NCBI RefSeq assembly: GCF_036588685.1 | Contig: NC_086373.1 | Coordinates: 40,858,001-40,922,000 of the forward strand | Length of the DNA stretch: 64,000 nucleotides | Reading direction: 5' to 3' | Source of the DNA: Mytilus trossulus | Lineage: Eukaryota | Shown: positions 27,201 to 37,700 of the stretch, piece by piece | Layout: every line of letters begins with the position of its first letter | Numbering within the stretch: position 1 is the stretch's first letter | Notes under the pieces: model-generated | Databases searched by the model: none | Seen by the model: only the letters and a program-made list of their open reading frames with translations | Told to the model about the DNA's origin: nothing | Made by a program: the position numbers and the translations under genes

Positions 27201-28056
27201 ATTTATTATACTGTATATCCTATCATTATTGTCTTTTACAGATGAATTTAATGTAAAAGTATTTTCTTTGACGTCACGTACAAAACAACGTTACGGGTAT
27301 TAGAAAAATCAACAGAAGTGTAGCAAAATGTTAATTTTTTTTTATTTTGACAGCCAAATAATAGAATTTGAGCCAAAACGTAGAACTTAGACATTGTCTT
27401 TAATAACTAGATGTACATTTAATTCATTGTCCTTTAAATTATCGACTTTTGATTGGTCTAGACGAGAAGGTAACATTAAAAAAAATTGTCACCCGCTCAG
27501 CCATGTGATAGAGTTATTAACACCCTAGGATTAGCCAATTTTAACGTGAATTATAATAAAATTGGTTAAACTCTGAAGTCTGGTTACACGAAAAGCATTG
27601 GGGTGTTCACTTAGTTATGCCAAATGTATGCTAAAATATCAAGCATCATGTCCATTTTACATTTCATACTTCTAGTTTGAATCAAGATTATATGAGTAAT
27701 AAATTATTCGTTACAACTAAAAAAATAAATGTTTGTCAAAACTCCGCATACAGCATTATTTACGGTACATGTGCTCCTTAGTTATTTAAACATACAACTC
27801 TTTTCGATGCCACTACTGGTGGTTTCGTCCCTGAGGGTATCACCAGCCCAGTAGTCAGCACTTCGATGTTGACATGAATATCAATTATATGGTATAAATT
27901 TCCTGTTACAAAATTTAGAATTTTTCGAAAAACTAAGGATTTTCTTATCCCAGGAATAGATTACCTTAGCCGTATTTGGCACATCTTTTTGGAAATTTGG
28001 GTCCTCAATGCTCTTCGACTTTGTACTTGTTTGGCTTTATAACCATTTTGATCTGA

Positions 28057-28100
28057 GCGTCACTTATGAGTCTAATGTAGACGAAACGCGCGTCTTGCGT
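28057..28100 (+). ncRNA. Type I hammerhead, core-mutated (CUUAUGA), probably inactive
   Basis: GCGUCA-CUUAUGA-GUC..GAC-GAAA-CGCGC-GUC-UUGCGU. Confidence 0.75.
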
Positions 28101-28321
28101 ACTAAATTATAATCCCGGTAACTTTGATAACTATTTACACCACTGGGTTGATTCCACTGCTGGTAGACGTTTTCGTCCCCAAGGGTATCACCAGCCCAGT
28201 AGTCCTGACTTCGGTGTTGACATGAATATCAATTATATGGTCATTTTTATAAATTTCCTGTTACGAAACTTTGAATTTTTCGAAAAACGAAGGTTTTTTT
28301 GTATCCCTGGAATAGATTACC

Positions 28322-28767
28322 CGGCCAGGTCCACTTGTATTTTTTGTCTATCTGATGAGTTAAGCCTTTTTCGACTGATTTTTATAGTTTGTTCTTATGT
28401 TGTACTGTTATACCACTGTCCCAGGTTAGGGGGAGGGCTGGGATCCCGCTAACATGTTTAACCCCGCCACATTTTTTATGTATGTGCCTGTCCCAAGTCA
28501 GGAGCCTGTAATTCAGTGGTTGTCGTTTGTTTATGTGTTACATATTTGTTTTTCGTTCATTTTTTTTTACATAAATAAGGCCGTTAGTTTTCTCGTTTGA
28601 ATTGTTTTACATTGTCTTAGCGGGGCCTTTTATAGCTGACTATGCGGTATGGGCTTTGCTCATTGTTGAAGACCGTACGGTGAGCTATAGTTGTTAATGT
28701 TTGTGTCATTTTGGTCTTTTGTGGATAGCTGTCTCATTGGCAATCATACCACATCTTCTTTTTTATA
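28322..28767 (+). mobile_element. Abundant interspersed repeat family A (fixed 3' end ...CACATCTTCTTTTTTATA, variable 5' end), inserted in the retrozyme
   Basis: Other copies at ~10760-11036, 12408-12683, 20505-20765(-), 26660-27010, 31385-31530(-), 43543-43868(-) and 56120-56750. Confidence 0.9.
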
Positions 28768-28858
28768 TTAGCCGTATTTGGCACAACTTTTTTGAATTTT
28801 GGGTCATCAATGCTCTTCAAGTTTGTACTTATTTGGCTTTATAACTATTTTGATCTGA

Positions 28859-28902
28859 GCGTCACTGATGAGTCTTATGTGAACGAAACGCGCGTCTGAC
28901 GT
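28859..28902 (+). ncRNA. Type I hammerhead with intact core and weakened stem II
   Basis: GCGUCA-CUGAUGA-GUC..AAC-GAAA-CGCGC-GUC-UGACGU. Confidence 0.8.
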
Positions 28903-28994
28903 ATTTTATTTTAATATTGGGACCTTTGATAACTATCCCATGTACATTCAATGTGAATACGCATAACACGAGGATTCAATGGGAATACATTTAA

Positions 28995-29333
28995 GGATGT
29001 TCGATTGTCATGTTTTGAAATTTTTGTCAGATTTTCGAAATCATCTGGTTTTATCCATTTGAATGCTTTGAACATTTTTGCCCATTTTGACCCCCATTTT
29101 TCTTTTTATAAATCGTTTAAATGTATTATTATTATGTAAAAATCTCATAAAATCCTATTTAATTTTAAATAGTTTTGGAGAACATTTGCATCAAAATTTC
29201 AATGGCTAATATTTGGAAAACAAGCACATTGACCTCTATATTTTTTTTGAGTTTTTGATTCCTTAATTAATCCCCTATCAATATACACATGTTATGGAAA
29301 GCTATGTATTTTGAAACGGAGTAGCGAACTTCC
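28995..29333. mobile_element. Kolobok-like MITE (GG..CC termini, TTAA TSD)
   Basis: TTAA|GGATGTTCG ... CGAACTTCC|TTAA. Confidence 0.7.
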
Positions 29334-29691
29334 TTAACTGACAATATATAAATTGCAGTTGATAGTTTTTAAATTGTTATTTTCATTACAATGTAAAGAT
29401 AAATAAAGTCGAAAAGACATAAAGTATAGAAGACATAACAAATACTAGCAGAATTAACAAAATAGCACCGAGTGTAGCTGGAATTTACTTCTCTTAGCTG
29501 TTCTTATATATTATACATATCGAGTAGCAATATATTCTATCACAGGAAAGGGTAAGCAATATGAAAATAATCAGTCGTGGGGGAGGTAGATTCAACGCAA
29601 TGAGTGAGGGAATTTAATGAAACAAACAAAATGTTACTTTAAACATATGGTTTAGTATATTTTGTTTTGTTACAATATTTCCAACCGCTCT

Positions 29692-30794
29692 TTATATTAA
29701 ACTGTCTGACATTTTAACGACATGGATTTTACCATAATCCTCATTTTTGCCTTTACCGCATCCAATCAATAAATGTCCTTCTGTGTCAAAGCAAACACAA
29801 CTTGGCCTGGTTATGCCCAAGTCTATGAAAATTAACTGCAGTCCAAGTAAATCTCCATATGAATTTATAACATGTAGTGCATCGTTTCCCCTGTCTGCAA
29901 CTACAATGTTATCACTTGCCGTAATAGTGATTCCCACTGGTTGAAATGTTTTCAAATCGTGTTGTCCGTCGTAGATAAACCGCAAGCGGCTATTTCTGTC
30001 TGCAGCTACTATTCTACCATTTTTGTCATTGTCAAAATGATCAATAACATAGAAAACATTTCTAGAATCAGTGCGGATACGTGCTGCATAACTGAACAAT
30101 TTATTGCCTTTTTGGTCGAATTCTAATGTTACTTTCCGTTTGTAATCACTACCGAAATTATAACTTGTCTGACCGAAAAATCATGAACTGGAACCGGTGG
30201 ACCCTGTTCTCTTAATCCAACTATTACCTCATCATCTTTGTTAACATGTATGGCCAAAAATTTCATAGGAGAAGAATCTTACACAGTCTTGACTTCACCT
30301 ACAGATGACAAAATTTGTATTTTGTTGACACCAAATTCTTTTAAAAGTATTTCGCCGGTCTTTTTTAATGAAATGTCAAATATTTTTTTCTTGTACGTCT
30401 GCAATATCTGTTTAGTAGATTTCAAAAGTTTCCCTTTCACAAATTGATTTTTCGGAGACGGGGCAAAACAATACGTAAAGTAAAGTAAATCGTCATCTGA
30501 GCACAGTAGATTGTGAACAGCTGGTAAAATAGTTGTATATGAATTGACAACTGATGAAATAACTACTGACGTTACCTCCTGGGATCCTGATGATGACTTG
30601 CTAATATCCTGAATAGAAACAACTTCATGATCTTGTGTGGAAGGAAGTCCTTGGTGAACGGTAACTTTACAAGAGTTACACATGCGAACACTGCAATCAT
30701 CACATTTCCATTTGATCTGTGATCCTTTGCAAAAATAGCATGAAACTGGTACTTGTGCTTTTCTTATACTTGTAGATTTACCTGATGTCGCCAT
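29692..30794 (-). pseudogene. Intronless B-box + NHL/beta-propeller (TRIM-like) gene with a nonsense codon and a frameshift
   Basis: B-box CYFC..WKCDDCSVRMCNSCKVTVH..HEVV. NHL motifs PVGITITASDNIVVAD and PSCVCFDTEGHLLIG. In-frame TAA at 30279-30281, after which the frame reads on (DSSPMKFLAIHVNKDDEVIVG). A 1-nt shift near 30157 joins to GSDYKRKVTLEFD..LFSYAARI. Confidence 0.88.
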
Positions 30795-31587
30795 TTATAC
30801 AGAAAAATAATCAACAAATGTCACGTGTTTTACTTCCTTCTTCATTGTAACTAGATAAACAAAGTTAAAAGCTTTTACATTTAGCGATGTGTAATCTAAT
30901 ACTATTTAAGTTCGTCTTCCTGTGACCTTAACATAAAGTAATGTCATTAGAATAAAAAATTGTGCAACGATGTTGATAACAGATAAATACTACACTTTAA
31001 ATCGTATTGTAGGGCTTTTACAAAAACAGGTATTGTTTGAAAAAAAAACTTTTACTATCAAATTTAAATTTCAAATAACTTATTTCATAAAAGAAGGAGT
31101 ACTTACGTCAATTTCACAAATGGAGGTACATAATGCATTTAAAAACCAACATAGCTGTCGTATGGAAAAGAATTTTGCTCTATTTATGTACTTGCGATTG
31201 AACACTCACTCAATCTAACAACAGGAATGGACAGCAGAAAGTATAACTATATGCTGATTTGTAGAATAATGTATTTTTTTTTTAATTTCAAACGTTGTGT
31301 ATATCTTTCTGTGAATGGAAGTCTGTGATCATTTAACCAATTTCAATACTTTCTGTTTGATTAAAACTTTAAGCAAATTTTTATAAGAAGATGTGGTATG
31401 AGTGCAAATGAGATATCTCTCCATCCAAGTCACAATGTGTAAAAAGTAAACAATTATAGGTCGTTGACAATAAGGACGGAGCATTCGTTCACACCATACA
31501 GCAAGCTATAAAAGACCCAAAAATTACTCTTGTCAAGCTGTCCGTGTCAATATCATAGCAAATTAGGTGGTAACATTAACTAAGCAG

Positions 31588-32480
31588 TCCTTGAATTTTA
31601 AGAAAGCTTTTGATGTAGAAGATCATGATATTCTCAGTAAAATAACTTAAAAATTGGTTTGATAATGCTGTTGTTCCTTTTTTCAAATCCTATTTCGACA
31701 AATTACAAAGTGCGAATTGGTAATGCTTATTCTGGAAAACTCAAATACAAGTATGGTGTCTCCTAAACCTCTAAAAGGGCATTTTCTGATTTATTTATAC
31801 TGAAATGACCTTATTTCATGTATGTTTATGAAAAAAAATGCACTGACTTATATGCTGATGATTCATATTTACATTCGTCAGGTAATTGTTTACAAACTCT
31901 GTAGTCAAGGTTACAAAACATTTTGCATTCCGTTAAGGAATGGTGCAATGCTTAAAGTATATTTACAACTCAATTTTAAATGAAACATGTGAAATATTTG
32001 AGAATCGGAACAAGAAAAACAAAGAAATGCCACATTATAGTTACAGTTGTTTAACTATCAAGAATAATGTGATATAAATTATTACATGTAAAAAGCATTA
32101 AAATTTACCCTTCCAATATATGGGTAAACCAAACTGATAGAATTATTCTAAAAACCGACTCATCGCTTTTTTTGGTATTTTGTTTAAACACTTAATCTGG
32201 ATAACAATTGAACAGAAAAAAAATATCACGAATTCGTGATTACGTTTAAGTGCATCAAAAAGCGTATCTAACTAGCAAGACTTATTATTTTTCTGACAGA
32301 ATAAAATACCCCTTATGAAATGCTGTTCAAGGCAACCTTATACTTTCTATATCAAGAATCGAATTGTTCATGAATTTTTTTATGTATTCTGGACCATCCT
32401 TGTGGAACAATTTGATCGTCTTTACGAAATACTATAAATGTTATAATTAATTATTTCAAAATCAAAATAACATATCAGAC
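31588..32480 (+). mobile_element. Decayed CR1/L2-type LINE RT relic
   Basis: Remnant motifs LNFKKAFDVEDHDIL, YGVS, LYADDS, SGPSLWN, with many stops. Confidence 0.7.
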
Positions 32481-34686
32481 AATAAAAAAAATGAATATTT
32501 ATGATTTCATCATGTTAATTTCTTTATAACATTTGATGCAGTTGTAATTAGCATATTTATTATACTTCACTTTTATGCCATGTAGATGTTTGCAAACTTT
32601 TTTTCAACAATTTAGTTGTTTATGCTTTTCTGTGACGAGGGCATCAATGAAGATTATTTATATAGCTAACAACATGAACGTAACTCTCTTAAAATGTATG
32701 GAAATATTTAAAAACTGGCCATTACTTCGTGTTCAGATCAAAAGTTTAAATCGACAAATTTTCGGAGTTGCAACGGGTACTTTATGCGCAAATCCATTAT
32801 ATTCTGTAATAAAAATCGAAAAAATCGAAAAATTTAAATTCTGACAAATGAGCTTCGGTAATGATTAAAAATCTGGAGAAAAGACTCTTATAAGATTATC
32901 TTAATTTAGAAAATAAGCCCTATCCACAAAATCCCATGGACCACTTATTTGTCATGTCCTACATTTCCGATCACATCATTATTCTAAGTTCAATATATAG
33001 GTTCTCAATTAATCATTTCCTATCATTTTCACATTTTGTTGAATAAAGATTCGCAACATTTGATTAAATAAATTAATCAAACAATTATTTGAAACTTCTA
33101 TTGAAAATAAAAGGAGATGAATTCGCTTATCTATATTTTTTAGCATTAAAAACAAGAAATTCAAAATTACTATCATATGTTACAACGAATGAACGACAAC
33201 ATGTTATCACGATAACAGGTGTGAACATATACAACCTATAAAGTGGAGGGGTCTTCTTCTGGCGAAATCTTTTAGATTAGAGAGATTAATCGCAGAACCT
33301 ATTTTATGTAGCTGTTCATAGTTTTGATTGGTTTTAACACTTTGAATGTTAAATGTTCAGATAATTTCAATAACAACGTAGAAATAAAAACAACATGGTA
33401 TGTAGTTTGGTCACCTTGTAATTTGCAATATACCTAGGTTTGACAATAATTTGTCATTTTATTGGAAAACAAATGACAATAATGAAGTCATGACGAAAGG
33501 GGTAAAATAAGGAGATTGTTTTATCTAAAGTGAAAGATTTGAACTCTCGATCAGATATCAAGTCTTTAAAGAGATATTTTTTTTGGGTTAAAATATCAAT
33601 ATTTTAATTGCTAATATCTAGAGAGTTGAATAAGTGCTATGAGAAATTTTCACTCTTCACATTTCAACAGTCAAGAAAGTAGTAAATTCAGAAAAGTGTT
33701 GGTAGTTTCCAGATTGGCAATACATTACTGTATGAGTTCCTGGTAGAAAAGGAAACAAACTATACAAACGTACATATTTCACACACACATATACACAACA
33801 GCATCATGTCCTATAGAGAAGAAATCCTGCAAGAACAAGAAAAAAAATATAAGTTGATTTACCATCACAGAATAATGAAAACATTTAACAATAATGAAGA
33901 GAAGATTTCTATTAGGTCAGAAGTGGTTTATCTGTCGTAAGTTCCCGTATTATTTCATATAAAACACGTACTTAATTTAAAGTCATATGAAACGATTTTT
34001 TTTCAAATTATGATGTGTTTGAAGTTATTGAACCAAATTGAATGCATGAATATATACTATAACCAAGTCCTGTATGCACATTTTTTTTTTCTATCAACAG
34101 TAGTAGAACTTAATTTTAGTATTGTATTGTTAGTCTTCTTTCAATTTTCTTCTTTAATCATGTTTATTCAAAATTAATTGTCAAGCGAAATATACATAAA
34201 AATGAAAACCACTAAAACCAACACACGATTGTATATTTTATCAGTAATCTTGTAAGTTAGTACATTTTCTAAACTTTCCAACAGCAGTTACACTTTGTTT
34301 GTAAATATTGACCCTTGAAAATATGTCAGAAATGAAATAACTGTAGTGAATCATAAAAATATGCAGGTGACACAATTGTAACATAAGTTTCTTTTTCACA
34401 TACAGTCCCATTTTATGAACTTTTGAGATTATTGTCGGAAAGATTAGAACACGAAATGGACAACATCTGACATCAATTGATGTGACGTGGTTATTGCTAA
34501 TCAGAAATTGTACATACTAATGAGTTTGATTTATTTATATTTTCTTCATATTAACCCCTTACGTGGTGCGTTTGTCCTCATCCTTTCCAATTATTTTGTT
34601 CAGGGATTAGTTGACTAAGAAATTAAATCTTGGTCAGATGATGTAGCTCCATGAAGTGTGTCAAGAGATTTGTGGTTACTAATATG

Positions 34687-34720
34687 TATATAAAGTCGCA
34701 AACATAAGCTTGTGTCACTC
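34687..34720 (+). promoter_or_regulatory. Candidate core promoter (TATA + Inr) of the PTN/MK-repeat gene
   Basis: TATATAAA at 34687 and TCACTC with its A at 34717 (30 nt downstream), 35 nt before the ATG. Confidence 0.55.
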
Positions 34721-34751
34721 CAGTTTTCTTTTGTCTTTAATAAGCTACAAT

Positions 34752-37700
34752 ATGAAAAACGTGTTTGTTATTTTTGTCGTCGTCCTGGTAGCTACAGTCG
34801 CTGCAAAAAAGGGATGGAAAATCCGACCACGACAACGTAAGTCTAAAGTTTAACAAGCATTTTAATACGTTTAGTGTAAGCATTAAAATTTTAACTACCT
34901 TTACAATCATTTTAATTAGTTGAACAATTATTCAAATTACTATAACTAGCATTTCTATTATTTAGTAAGCATTTTTGTTAGTTTATCAAGCATTTCAATA
35001 AGTTTAACAAGTATTCAAATTACTATAACTAGCATTTTTATAAGTTTAACAAGCATTTTAATTACCAAAATTACTACATAGTGCACCAGATGGTCAGTCC
35101 AGGGAAATAAGCAAGACTGTCTTTCATAAAAATTTGTAAAATAATTCAAAATCAAAAGCAGCTGACCTTGAAATATATAAAATAAAATACAATCAATAAA
35201 GAAAACGTCCTGATTTGATTTTACAAATGAACAATAAAATAGCACTTTATAAGTTTGTAGCGTCCGGGGCGCTTTTCAGTATTAACGCTCAAACCACAGG
35301 CTTATAAAACACGAATACACCAGACGCTGTATGACCAAAATGGGGAAAACAAAACAATGTTTCTTGTATCTTAAGTCAACATTGATGGAGGGATTGAGTA
35401 TATGTGTTTCTAAATAGTTTCGAAATTCATTAAAAGAAAATTCAAGAAAAATAGGTTATACATTGTGTCAGTAATGAAAAACTCCAATAAGAACTTTTTC
35501 GATGCCGAATAAAGAAGATATGTAGTAAAATGTATGTTATATACTAGTACGTATTTTGCCTGATATATTAAGATCTTGTTTGAATTATTATAAAGGATAA
35601 ATATTGAACATATAATGTGTCAAAATATTAGTATTTGAACAAAATAGGACTTGTTTACTTAACGTTTTTATTTTAAACCTTGAAAATGATTAAACCAACT
35701 TTTCAGAATGCAAATATGATAAAAGTGCATGGAGTGACTGTGACACAACAACAAATACCGTCAGCCGAGTTCTGACTCTAAAATCAGGCAAGGAAGGATG
35801 CCAACAGACACAGAATCAAACTATTACATGTGATAGGTTTGATAGGCTACAAGCATGGAAAATAAAAAAGGCGGAAAGTAGAAGAGAATTGCAGGAAAAG
35901 AAACATCAAAGAAAAGAACGAAAACAAGAGATGAAAGAGAATAAACAGCTTGTGAAAGAGCAACTTAAAAGTAAGAACATATATGAGAATGATTGAAAAA
36001 TAGTATGTTACACATAAAATATTGTTATTTACAAACATAATCAGAATTTTTACTATTTTGATGCAGGTTGTGATTTCTAAAACAATTGCTTCCTAATAAA
36101 TCAAGCTTTAGAATTCATTTCGGTAAGAGTACGTATCGTATATATAGACAGAAAAATTTAGAATATATTGTAAAAATGAGTAATTAAAAATATTTATGTA
36201 ATTTGTTTTCGAGTCCTCTTATCTTTAGATAACCCAATTTCTACTTAATTGAAGCCAATTAAAAATATATGACTGTATATCAAACAACATAAGTAATACT
36301 GATTTTATTCTTCTAACTTTTCCTCTTAAGTTTAAAAAGTAAAATCACAAAAATACTGAACTCAGAGGAAAATCAATTTGGAAAGTCCATAATCACATGG
36401 CAAAATCAAAAAACAAAACGCATCAAAAACGAATGGACAAGAACTGTCATATTCCTGACTTGGTACAGGCATTCTCAAATGTAGAAAATGGTGGATTAAA
36501 CCTGGTTCTATAGCGCTAACCCTCTCACTTTAATAACAGTCTCATCAAATTCCGTTACATTTACATGATGCGTTAAATAAACAGTCACAATCAATAAAAT
36601 AGTCAAAATATGGGAACATCAGTCATCATCGTATAACAATTTAACAGGACACAACAACATCTACTATCTACGAACACATGGATTGATTTGAGTGTCTGAC
36701 GTCAGAAAAATTATATACGTCACATAAATTTGTTGTTCAATGTGCATACAAACAATTTTAAATTTTTTTTTTCCCCATAGGCAATGTACGCATACAGAGT
36801 TAAAAAATCAAAAGTATGTAAGAATAAATTACAGAAATAGACCGAGATTCAAACTAGTTCAAAAGTTATACATAGAATTTATGAGAATCCAAAAATTGTC
36901 AATTCCACTACGCCATTGATTGATTTTGACGTTTGTGGTTCAACGTATATAGTAATTCATAATAGAAATTTATCATAATGACATATTATAGACAAATATC
37001 ATACTGACGGGATCTTTTAAAGTACAGAGTCACGTTATAAGCACAAAAGAAATACAAAGAGTCACATATACAAAACAAATCACCAAAAAATTAAAGCCAA
37101 TACAAACACATTGACGAGATGTATAAGTACCGAGCCACGTCAAACGGATATCACATAAAACCATTCAACAGTAAAAGTAATCTTAATAATAGATCAAAAA
37201 CAAATAAAAGAACAATAAAACATGTTGTTAAGATGATACACAACATCAGTACGCAGAATCTATACATCAAGACCATCGTGTATTATTTGAGAAGTTGATA
37301 CGGAATATTTATCAACAAGGTCTTGGTACCTTCCGATGAACTTTTTTAGAAAAAGGACGAGACGTTCTTTGACATACCCCTGGTTCATCAACTTTCTACT
37401 CAGACACTGATGACGTTTTACAAAGTCTGAGTAGGAGCTGCAAGCTCTTGAATATCGAATAAGTTGGGAAATATATATCCCATATGCAGGTGAAGTTGGT
37501 ATATTGCTACTAAGGTGGGGGAAATTTATAATTTCGAAATTAAAATCGTCTCGTTTGTCATAGATTCTGGTACTGAGATGACTGTGTAAGTCAAATTCGA
37601 GATATAAGTCTAAAAATGAGGCGGAGGAAGCCGTGTCTGTTGTTTCTTTAATCTCGAGTTCTGGGGGATATATTAAAACGATTCTCCGATACTAAGAATA

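Larger units (their letters stand above)
27806..28937 (+). mobile_element. Non-LTR retrozyme-like tandem (two ~348-nt monomers, the second interrupted)
   Basis: GGGTATCACCAGCCCAGTAGTC at 27835 and 28183 (period 348). One hammerhead per monomer. Confidence 0.85.

Noticed and set aside
28352-28380. Extra hammerhead at CTGATGAG in family A (also 56333)
   Set aside because: No stem II-GAAA-NUH arrangement follows.
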